24,000 bases of DNA from Klebsiella phage VLCpiP4a. The stretch is taken from the sequence record ON602749.1. One strand, 5' to 3'. A program made the translations under genes and the position numbers. The notes beneath the pieces were generated by a model that saw only the letters and a program-made list of their open reading frames with translations, was not told the origin of the DNA and ran no database searches. Below are positions 17,479-23,799 of the stretch, piece by piece (within the stretch, counting starts at the first letter, position 1; every line of letters starts with the position of its first letter).

Positions 17479-17825
17479 TTCTTGGTTCCTTTCTTACGTA
17501 CAGCTCTTCTCTTCTGGTTCTCTTGATGAGTTACCAGTTCGAGGTGCTCAGGGTTACAACACAGTCTGTTATTGCACAGGTGGTCTACCTGCATTTTGCA
17601 GGGTATATACCCGTGATAATGAGTAAACACTACTATGTGGGTAGCTGAGGTAATTCCATTCACGGAAATACGTCCATACTGACCACCACGGCCATTACCA
17701 GAATGAGAACCAGTCCATATATGACACAGGCTAGGTTGTCCATTAACTGTGTGCCCTAGGTCCTGTAATTTAATCCGGGACTGGATTCTTTCTATCAGGG
17801 TTTTACGCCTGTTTTTCTCCTGCAT
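17475..17825 (-). CDS. HNH endonuclease (free-standing, homing-type)
   Basis: CHIWTGSHSGNGRGGQYGRISVNG...AHIVVFTHYHGYIPCKMQVDHLCNNRLCCNPEHLELVTHQEN: classic HNH_3 arrangement. Confidence 0.88.
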   Translation of the reverse strand: MQEKNRRKTLIERIQSRIKLQDLGHTVNGQPSLCHIWTGSHSGNGRGGQYGRISVNGITSATHIVVFTHYHGYIPCKMQVDHLCNNRLCCNPEHLELVTHQENQKRRAVRKKGTKK

Positions 17826-18003
17826 TGCTTAACTCTCCGATGGCCTGTAAGCCAGCAGTGGTAAGAATCCAGCCGTACATAGCATTAGGTTTAATCAACC
17901 CAAGCTTGTTCAGAGCACGGGCAGTTTTGTTAGACAGTGCACGAGGTGCAGTACCAGACTTAACCATTTTAAGAAAAACAGTTTGAGAATTAGTAAGTTT
18001 CAA
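17803..18003 (-). CDS. Hypothetical protein (66 aa), probable TTG start
   Basis: Track start at 18048 lies inside a terminator. TTG at 18003 is preceded by GGAG 8 nt upstream (TTTGGAGTAAAAACGTTGAAACTT). Protein LKLTNSQTVFLKMVKSGTAPRALSNKTARALNKLGLIKPN... may be a small winged/HTH-like domain. Confidence 0.6.
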   Translation of the reverse strand: MKLTNSQTVFLKMVKSGTAPRALSNKTARALNKLGLIKPNAMYGWILTTAGLQAIGELSNAGEKQA

Positions 18004-18032
18004 CGTTTTTACTCCAAAGTATGAAAACCAAA

Positions 18033-18066
18033 AAAACAAAAACCCCACACAATGGCGGGGTTTTTT
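18033..18066 (-). terminator. Rho-independent terminator (possibly bidirectional)
   Basis: AAAAACCCC-ACACAATGGC-GGGGTTTTTT read in sequence at 18038-18066; T-rich tail on both strands. Confidence 0.8.
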
Positions 18067-18087
18067 ACTTGCAAATGTAGTGTTCGT

Positions 18088-18357
18088 TTACATGTATGCT
18101 GGTCGGCTTAGACAACCAGCGCCACACGTTCGGAAACCTAGGCGGTCAATGACCAGTTTAGTCTTCTCAGCAAAAGCCCGACTAAATGCCTTATAGTCAA
18201 ACTTCACTACTCCATACACGGGTGCTGCAATGGCAGCAGCAATGTATACCGTAAAGTCTGGCAGGTTAAAACCGAACAGACGTTCTACTACATAGTGGGC
18301 AGTCAGAGCCAACAGGCCAATTACTGCACCACACCCGATTAAAGCAATCTTACGCAT
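18088..18357 (-). CDS. Small membrane protein (89 aa)
   Basis: MRKIALIGCGAVIGLLALTAHYVV...VYIAAAIAAPVYGVVKF: two hydrophobic segments; flanked by terminators. Confidence 0.7.
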   Translation of the reverse strand: MRKIALIGCGAVIGLLALTAHYVVERLFGFNLPDFTVYIAAAIAAPVYGVVKFDYKAFSRAFAEKTKLVIDRLGFRTCGAGCLSRPAYM

Positions 18358-18410
18358 AGATACCTACTTAGTTATGGGTGGATGGTCACATAAAGAATTA
18401 CATAATAACC

Positions 18411-18438
18411 AAAAAAATGCCCACCGCAAGGGTGGGCA
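18411..18438 (-). terminator. Rho-independent terminator
   Basis: TGCCCACC-GCAAG-GGTGGGCA 8-bp stem (18418-18438) followed on minus strand by T7 (18411-18417). Confidence 0.9.
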
Positions 18439-18504
18439 AAAGATAAGGATTGTTTATGGCGAGGTTAATAACCCCAAGAAAACTATGAAATTTGGGCTAT
18501 GGGG

Positions 18505-18756
18505 TTACTCTGTTTTAATGGTGATACTTTGCATATCCGTGATGTTATCCGGCCAGAATCCTGCTTGGCTTGGGTTAGAGGCTTTGCGTTTATAGAGCAG
18601 GTCTCGTACCCCATGATAGATAACGTAACTATCAGGGTAGGTTTCATCTGGATGATCAAATGAACCAATTGCAACGAAACCCTCCCCCACTGCGTTGGTA
18701 GCCTTAACGTCTACTTCACCCGTATCTTGTTTAAAACTAGCGTATAAAGTTGGCAT
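18505..18756 (-). CDS. Hypothetical protein (83 aa)
   Basis: MPTLYASFKQDTGEVDVKATNAVGEGFVAIG...; SD AGAGGA before ATG 18756. Confidence 0.72.
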   Translation of the reverse strand: MPTLYASFKQDTGEVDVKATNAVGEGFVAIGSFDHPDETYPDSYVIYHGVRDLLYKRKASNPSQAGFWPDNITDMQSITIKTE

Positions 18757-18770
18757 GTATCTATCCTCTT

Positions 18771-18784
18771 AGGCAATATTGCCT
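18771..18784. repeat. 14-bp perfect palindrome AGGCAATATTGCCT
   Basis: Read directly, between the RNAP2 terminator and the next gene's SD. Confidence 0.85.
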
Positions 18785-18802
18785 GGTTATTATGAAGTCA
18801 AA

Positions 18803-18835
18803 CAAAAAAATTAGCCACTCCCGGAGGAGTGGCTA
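18803..18835 (-). terminator. Rho-independent terminator downstream of RNAP2
   Basis: TAGCCACTCC-CGGA-GGAGTGGCTA 10-bp stem (18812-18835), minus-strand T-rich tail TTTTTTTG; 7 nt after the RNAP2 stop. Confidence 0.93.
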
Positions 18836-18841
18836 TGTTTA

Positions 18842-20056
18842 TTAACTCAATGCATATTCTGCGTCCATTACATCTTTCCACATATCTGGGTCCAGTTTAC
18901 CAATGGTAACTTTCTCACCCAGTACCTGTGACATGATGAATGACAACAAGTCAGATTTAGCAATACTTGCTAACTGAATGTTGTACTGACGACGCAGGTC
19001 ATTGCCATACTGTGGCAAGCAACGGAAGCAGTCATGTACAGTTAATACCTTGAATGGCTTAGCTGGCAGTGAGTCGATTAACTCCATGATTACAGCACGG
19101 TCTACCAGATGGATAGTACCTGCATCCAGATAGTCAAAGATGCGAGCAGACAGGTAGCCAGTCTCTTCATAGTAAGCCCACAACTCTTCTACCTTCTCCT
19201 GGTTCCCTTCAATAGTTACTGTGCTATTGCTTACTCCATAGCACAGTTGCTTAACGAACTTAATCAGGTTCGGGTCATAGCTGCAACGACGCACCATCTC
19301 ACGGACAATCATGCCGTCGATACTGTGAGTCGTGTTAGCTGAGAGCATACGAGTCTTCTCTTCAACTCCTTGAACCATACGAGTTACATCGTATGTTTTA
19401 TTTAGGAACTCAATAGTCTGTACTTCTGGTACCATTACCTTGATGTGAGCATTGAAGCCATCTGGTAATACCCAGTGGTATGCAGTAGCTTCTGGGTTGC
19501 CGCATTGCAGCCAGAACTTGTTCAGTTCCCATACTGCTGGTGCCTTCTCTGCCATAGTATTCTCAAATACTTTGAGCAGAATGCCTTCACCGAATACTTG
19601 CTTAGGCATAGCTTCAGAACCATACAGTGCGGTCATGATTGCATCTTTACAGTCGTTACGCTTAATACGTCCTGATTCACCCAGTACAGCCAGCATAGCT
19701 TTATAGATGACTGTATAGCCATCACGACGCTTAGGCTTACCGTCTTCGCAGTAGTTCACTACATTGCACAGTTCAGCAGCCTGACGGTCACCCGTCAGAC
19801 ATGCCAGAATCTGCAATCCTGATGATGTAGCATCCAGTGCAATTGGATAACCAATAGGATTACCTGCCTTCACCTCCTGCCATGCTTTAACACCTGCATA
19901 GAACAGTGCTGGTTCATCGGCTTCTTTGATGAGAGCACCCAAGTTGTGCTCATTACGGTCGAACCATGCAATACGCTCATCCCAGTCCTTCTTGTCCAGG
20001 CCATAGTTGTTAGCGATGTCAATTTTCAGGTATTCACGGCCAGTGAAAGTTTGCAT
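18842..20056 (-). CDS. Single-subunit-type RNA polymerase, C-terminal catalytic half (RNAP2; N4 gp16-like)
   Basis: Trimmed start ATG 20056 with SD AGGAG (404 aa). T7-like motif A ALDATSSGLQILACL, motif B KFVKQLCYGVSNS, motif C LTVHDCFRCLP. Confidence 0.93.
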   Translation of the reverse strand: MQTFTGREYLKIDIANNYGLDKKDWDERIAWFDRNEHNLGALIKEADEPALFYAGVKAWQEVKAGNPIGYPIALDATSSGLQILACLTGDRQAAELCNVVNYCEDGKPKRRDGYTVIYKAMLAVLGESGRIKRNDCKDAIMTALYGSEAMPKQVFGEGILLKVFENTMAEKAPAVWELNKFWLQCGNPEATAYHWVLPDGFNAHIKVMVPEVQTIEFLNKTYDVTRMVQGVEEKTRMLSANTTHSIDGMIVREMVRRCSYDPNLIKFVKQLCYGVSNSTVTIEGNQEKVEELWAYYEETGYLSARIFDYLDAGTIHLVDRAVIMELIDSLPAKPFKVLTVHDCFRCLPQYGNDLRRQYNIQLASIAKSDLLSFIMSQVLGEKVTIGKLDPDMWKDVMDAEYALS

Positions 20057-20102
20057 TTTGTTTCTCCTGCTTCTTGGGCTTATGCCCTGCATAGTGGATT
20101 AA

Positions 20103-20399
20103 TTAGTTAGGTTTACCATTAGGCTTGAATGCTTCCAGCATCTCATGGAATGAATCTTCAGCTGGTTCATTGTCTACGCGAGACTCTGCATACTTCTTCT
20201 GAATAGTTGCCAGTTCTTCGATAGTCTTTAGCAGAGTACTGCTAGTTGCTTCGTTGAAGTACAGCACCACAGTTACTGGGTTACCCGTCTTAGCATCAAT
20301 AGCTGAGTAGAGTAAGGTACCGTCTTCACCTACAGTGAGCAGACCCATACCACCTTCTTTAGCTACCAGCGGGTAGAACATCTTCTGTTTGTTAATCAT
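20103..20399 (-). CDS. Hypothetical protein between the two RNAP subunit genes (98 aa)
   Basis: MINKQKMFYPLVAKEGGMGLLTVGEDGTLLYSAIDAKTGNPVTVVLYF...; overlaps RNAP1 stop by 8 nt. Confidence 0.75.
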   Translation of the reverse strand: MINKQKMFYPLVAKEGGMGLLTVGEDGTLLYSAIDAKTGNPVTVVLYFNEATSSTLLKTIEELATIQKKYAESRVDNEPAEDSFHEMLEAFKPNGKPN

Positions 20400-21207
20400 T
20401 TACATATTCCTTATCTGTGAACTCAAGTACAGCCTTATTCCAGCTAGTACCTTGATAGTTGATGTGATAGCCCTGTGAGTAAGTACGACCACGTTTGTCA
20501 TACTTGTGCGTCAGATGGAATTCATTTCCTTCTTGGGTCAGCAGCTGCATTACTTCGTGAGCTGTTCGGTCATACTTCTCAAAGGCTCTTACTCGCTTCT
20601 GATACTCTTCACGAGTTTCACCTTCTTTGCACTTATCCAGGTTCTTCCAGCTATTCTTAACCATCTTGGCTACATCCCAGTTAATGGATAGCTTGATGGA
20701 GTTCATGCGATTGATATGGTCAAGACACACATCATCATCTATATGGTTCTTCTTGAGGATGATACTACCCTTGCTGGTGAGATAGCCTGTATCTCGGTTG
20801 GTAACAACCTCTTTGGGCTGCACTACCATAGGTAATGGATACTGGAATGCTTCCAGTTCCAGCTGTACATCCTGACTAATCCCGTAACGGACAATGAATT
20901 TGTCAATGGTTGGGTCAAAGTCAAAACAGTCTTCTGATGCCATCTTAAATAAGGCATCAATTACATCCTGTGCATTGTCATAATGGTGCCAGAGACTACC
21001 TACTAACGTAGGTACATCGGCTCGTTTGTGCAGAGCCATTTGCACCATAGCATCGATACCAAACTTGGGGTCGATACCAATGCTCTTGAAGAAACCGACA
21101 AAGTCGATATCTTCTGATTCTTCGAACTCTTTCCTCATACGAGGCATGAGCTGGTTCTTACTAAATAACAGTTCGAGTTGCATCTGATGTTCTAATTTGT
21201 TAGTCAT
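20392..21207 (-). CDS. Single-subunit-type RNA polymerase, N-terminal half (RNAP1; N4 gp15-like)
   Basis: 271 aa ending FHLTHKYDKRGRTYSQGYHINYQGTSWNKAVLEFTDKEYVND, matching the T7 RNAP DWRGRVYAVSMFNPQG region. Confidence 0.92.
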   Translation of the reverse strand: MTNKLEHQMQLELLFSKNQLMPRMRKEFEESEDIDFVGFFKSIGIDPKFGIDAMVQMALHKRADVPTLVGSLWHHYDNAQDVIDALFKMASEDCFDFDPTIDKFIVRYGISQDVQLELEAFQYPLPMVVQPKEVVTNRDTGYLTSKGSIILKKNHIDDDVCLDHINRMNSIKLSINWDVAKMVKNSWKNLDKCKEGETREEYQKRVRAFEKYDRTAHEVMQLLTQEGNEFHLTHKYDKRGRTYSQGYHINYQGTSWNKAVLEFTDKEYVND

Positions 21208-21226
21208 CGCTTTATCTCCGAATGGT

Positions 21227-21475
21227 TTAAATAATTTGGCACTTTACTACGTACATGTCATTGCTTCTGTTGAAGTAACTACTAATTGCTAAGTGTTTTG
21301 TACGTATGTAAGTGTCACGCATGAATGATGGTCTGTTTATGACTTCCTCTATAAAAAACAAGTCTGGATTATTGTATGCTTGCTTTACTATGTACTTCAG
21401 GTATTGGTAGTCAGACCACTTAATGAGTTGCTTTCTTCGTATAATATCTTGAATAGATACGGCAGCATTATCCAT
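21227..21475 (-). CDS. Early hypothetical protein (82 aa)
   Basis: Track uses GTG at 21487; ATG at 21475 with SD GGAGG (GGAGGACTCAATG) fits the predicted promoter +1 at 21485. Confidence 0.78.
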   Translation of the reverse strand: MDNAAVSIQDIIRRKQLIKWSDYQYLKYIVKQAYNNPDLFFIEEVINRPSFMRDTYIRTKHLAISSYFNRSNDMYVVKCQII

Positions 21476-21484
21476 TGAGTCCTC

Positions 21485-21504
21485 CACAAGCAGCGGAGCT
21501 GCTT
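21485..21504 (-). promoter_or_regulatory. N4 virion-RNAP-type early promoter hairpin
   Basis: Plus (template) strand: TCC ACA AGCAGC GGA GCTGCTT; 7-bp stem AAGCAGC/GCTGCTT (21488-21504) with GGA loop centred on 21496 (-11), predicted +1 at C21485 with +1..+3 template C,C,T, as in the N4 P2 promoter. Confidence 0.87.
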
Positions 21505-21507
21505 TAC

Positions 21508-21783
21508 TTAACGCTTAGTTTCAAAGCTAATGTACAGCCTGTCTCGGATGTATTGTGTGTCCACGTAACGTCCCTTTGAAGGCCACACCTTTACTTTGAT
21601 GCAAGGCGTATCCCTCATCCAGTGGATATTAGCAAATGCTTCTGGCACTACTATGTAAGTAATACCGTTGACATAACCTGCCTTGGTTCTGGCTTTAATC
21701 ATGCTCTGTAGTGTCGAGTACAGTTCAGCAAATATCTTGCTCTTATTTACTACGTGAGCACCATACAGTTCTTCGTAAGTCAT
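21508..21783 (-). CDS. Hypothetical protein (91 aa)
   Basis: MTYEELYGAHVVNKSKIFAELYSTLQSMIKAR...; 1-nt overlap with upstream gene. Confidence 0.72.
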   Translation of the reverse strand: MTYEELYGAHVVNKSKIFAELYSTLQSMIKARTKAGYVNGITYIVVPEAFANIHWMRDTPCIKVKVWPSKGRYVDTQYIRDRLYISFETKR

Positions 21784-22163
21784 TAGAATGTACCCCAGTA
21801 GGTATGCTCATCACCCAGATAGCTTTGCCATGCTAGGTCAAATGAGCAGTTACCAGTTGCATGTTTGAACATAGAAGCCATGACAGCATCATCTAATCCT
21901 GCCAGTCCACAGCCCACTCTGGTGACTTTAAAGTCCCATTCTGGGTGTGAGGCAGCATAGATAATGAAGCCTTCTACGAAGGTTCTGATGTCTTCCAGAG
22001 CCATTGTCTTAATGTTCTGGTCTTTGGTTGGGATAGCATAGCTACAGCCGTAGTGACCTACGCCCATACCCCAACGAGCACCGTGCTTCTTATATGCAGT
22101 TTTAGCTGCACCAGCACCGTGTACACCAGCGAGGTTAGAACCAAATACGAATATCTCTTTCAT
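21783..22163 (-). CDS. Conserved phage protein with FGSNLAGVHGAGAA motif (126 aa; N4 gp14-like candidate)
   Basis: MKEIFVFGSNLAGVHGAGAAKTAY...GHYGCSYAIPTKD...VTRVGCGLAGLDD: glycine-rich pattern of a known uncharacterised family. Confidence 0.82.
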   Translation of the reverse strand: MKEIFVFGSNLAGVHGAGAAKTAYKKHGARWGMGVGHYGCSYAIPTKDQNIKTMALEDIRTFVEGFIIYAASHPEWDFKVTRVGCGLAGLDDAVMASMFKHATGNCSFDLAWQSYLGDEHTYWGTF

Positions 22164-22348
22164 TTATGTGTCCTTCTGAGTTCTTTATAGAATTTGATAG
22201 CATCTTCCACAGTTTCAGGATTAGCATCTAGTACCTGGTCTAATGCATATTGGTGAGCTTTCTGTTCTTTACTGGTTCGGCAATTACCACATTTGTTGTC
22301 CCAAATGGATGCATAGCCTTTACCACAGTTACATACTTTATTACTCAT
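22160..22348 (-). CDS. Small zinc-ribbon-like protein (62 aa)
   Basis: VCNCGKGYASIWDNKCGNC: CxC-X10-CxxC cysteine arrangement; 4-nt overlap with downstream gene. Confidence 0.68.
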   Translation of the reverse strand: MSNKVCNCGKGYASIWDNKCGNCRTSKEQKAHQYALDQVLDANPETVEDAIKFYKELRRTHK

Positions 22349-22512
22349 TATGCTTTACTCACTCTATAGAGGGTTGGTAAGTCATCTTTGTACTTATCTA
22401 CATTTGCTTTAGTGCAGTATCGATAGTCAAAGAAACCAGGGTAAGTTCTAGTTAATACGTATTTATAACTAGAGTTCTTATTGTTGTATGGTAATAGTTT
22501 GTATACAACCAT
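22348..22512 (-). CDS. Hypothetical protein (54 aa with trimmed ATG start; 71 aa from GTG 22563)
   Basis: MVVYKLLPYNNKNSSYKYVLTRTYPGFFDYRYC...; the ATG at 22512 begins just after the upstream stop (22515). The GTG at 22563 would overlap the upstream ORF by 49 nt. Confidence 0.58.
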   Translation of the reverse strand: MVVYKLLPYNNKNSSYKYVLTRTYPGFFDYRYCTKANVDKYKDDLPTLYRVSKA

Positions 22513-22514
22513 AC

Positions 22515-22829
22515 CTAACTTCTCGCTAATTGAAATGCATATACTGGCTTGCGTGCCATCCACTGCTTCATTAATGAAGACTTAGCGAATGTGCCCTCAT
22601 CCCAGGTAGAAAATGCAATCATTACATCTGGTTCTTCTATGAATTCTTTAACGGATACATAGGGTAAACCTGATTCTGCAATAATAGGAAGCAGAGCTGA
22701 GTCTTCATGAATTATTAAGGTGAAGTCGCCATCAAAGGTATTACTGTAATTACTTACGTAATCGATGGATTTCATCATCTTATCAATATCTGCATATCCA
22801 GTGTCATGGATAATTGCTATTTGTTTCAT
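22515..22829 (-). CDS. Possible SLOG/DUF2493-like nucleotide-binding protein (104 aa)
   Basis: AIIHDTGYADI...LIIHEDSALLPIIAESGLPYVS...DVMIAFSTWDEGTFAKSSLMKQWMARKPVYAF resembles the C-terminal pattern of DUF2493 (lviAF..GTa...A...gkPV). Confidence 0.6.
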   Translation of the reverse strand: MKQIAIIHDTGYADIDKMMKSIDYVSNYSNTFDGDFTLIIHEDSALLPIIAESGLPYVSVKEFIEEPDVMIAFSTWDEGTFAKSSLMKQWMARKPVYAFQLARS

Positions 22830-23104
22830 TTGAATGGTCCCCGTAATGTAGTGTGGAAATTGGTTTTGTTAATATCAGAGTGCCTGATAACTCCTATTTC
22901 CTCCTGTTGGCGGTCTTTGAATGTTTTAGGTATGAGCCATATCCCATTCTTAGTTACACGAGGTCTGCTGGCAAAGCCTATTAAAGATACTAGCTTGCCA
23001 AAGTTACCAGGATATGCAGCCACATACCGTACCCATAATGGAACTTCTATTTCTTGCTCCATATAGTAAATAACTCTATGAGTAGGGAATGTAATAATCT
23101 TCAT
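22826..23104 (-). CDS. Hypothetical protein (92 aa)
   Basis: ORF coupled by 4-nt overlaps on both sides. Confidence 0.68.
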   Translation of the reverse strand: MKIITFPTHRVIYYMEQEIEVPLWVRYVAAYPGNFGKLVSLIGFASRPRVTKNGIWLIPKTFKDRQQEEIGVIRHSDINKTNFHTTLRGPFK

Positions 23105-23409
23105 TGTGCTAACACTTCATTGATAATCTTACGGATTACATCCACTTCACCCTGGCTCCCAATTAAGCCTACAGGCTTACTTGTACCGTCCCGTAATAAC
23201 TCAATGATACGAGTCATTTCTGCAACTATCAGTTTATCCCCTGAAATCAGACGATTACGTAACCATGCTTCATAAGCAAGGTTAGCTTCATCCACTGTAA
23301 TCCTCTCATTACTTTTGAACGGATTATGTAATGGCATTGGGTAGTGGATACGAATGTTACGGTCTGATATAGCAGCCCGTACTTGGTCGATGTGGATAAT
23401 CTCATTCAT
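23101..23409 (-). CDS. Hypothetical protein (102 aa)
   Basis: MNEIIHIDQVRAAISDRNIRIHYPMPLHNPF...; SD AGGAGA upstream; first gene after the 23457-23477 terminator. Confidence 0.72.
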   Translation of the reverse strand: MNEIIHIDQVRAAISDRNIRIHYPMPLHNPFKSNERITVDEANLAYEAWLRNRLISGDKLIVAEMTRIIELLRDGTSKPVGLIGSQGEVDVIRKIINEVLAQ

Positions 23410-23445
23410 GGTTATTAGTAACTATCTCCTGTATATCTCTATCTG

Positions 23446-23477
23446 AAAAACAAAATAAAAAGAGTCCCGAAGGACTC
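23446..23477 (-). terminator. Rho-independent terminator with UUCG tetraloop
   Basis: Minus strand GAGTCC-TTCG-GGACTC (23462-23477) followed by TTTTTATTTTGTTTTT. Confidence 0.9.
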
Positions 23478-23480
23478 CTT

Positions 23481-23675
23481 TCAGTTAATGCTCGGATGAT
23501 TGAAGGTTACAATAGTTCGCTTACTATTACTAACAGGTGACACACTATTACCAGTATTGTGCACTGCCACAGTATTAGCTTGTTGAGTATAGCGGTTACT
23601 CGGTTCATTCTTGTTACGGAGTCTAGTAGATTTAAGAACATCTTCTCTGGTTCCCATGATTAATGATTTACGCAT
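23481..23675 (-). CDS. Hypothetical early protein (64 aa, trimmed start)
   Basis: ATG 23675 with SD GGAG; MRKSLIMGTREDVLKSTRLRNKNEPSNRYTQQ... (track starts at TTG 23687). Confidence 0.6.
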   Translation of the reverse strand: MRKSLIMGTREDVLKSTRLRNKNEPSNRYTQQANTVAVHNTGNSVSPVSNSKRTIVTFNHPSIN

Positions 23676-23799
23676 TGTTAGCTCCAAACTTACTTACGTA
23701 TTGAATGAATCTGTACTTCTGTTCGAAGTTCAGGGATGTACTGTAGCGTTTCATCTCTTCCCAATAGGATATGACGACCCATCTATGACTGTATGTCAT
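23668..23799 (-). CDS. Small hypothetical protein (43 aa)
   Basis: Not in track (<60 aa): MTYSHRWVVISYWEEMKRYSTSLNFEQKYRFIQYVSKFGANNA*, 8-nt overlap with next gene, GAGGAC upstream. Confidence 0.5.
   Translation of the reverse strand: MTYSHRWVVISYWEEMKRYSTSLNFEQKYRFIQYVSKFGANNA

Noticed and set aside
17967-18048. N-terminal extension of the 17803-18048 ORF (MGFLFFWFSYFG...)
   Set aside because: Would start inside the terminator hairpin at 18038-18066; the TTG at 18003 with GGAG is better placed.
18446-18476. GGTT-AAT-AACC small 3-nt-loop hairpin as a second vRNAP promoter
   Set aside because: Only a 4-bp AT-rich stem, no GGA loop and no TCC at the expected +1..+3, unlike the 21485 promoter.
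18374-18595. 73-aa plus-strand ORF (MGGWSHKELHNNQK...)
   Set aside because: Spans a strong terminator hairpin and the end of a minus-strand gene; most likely chance.
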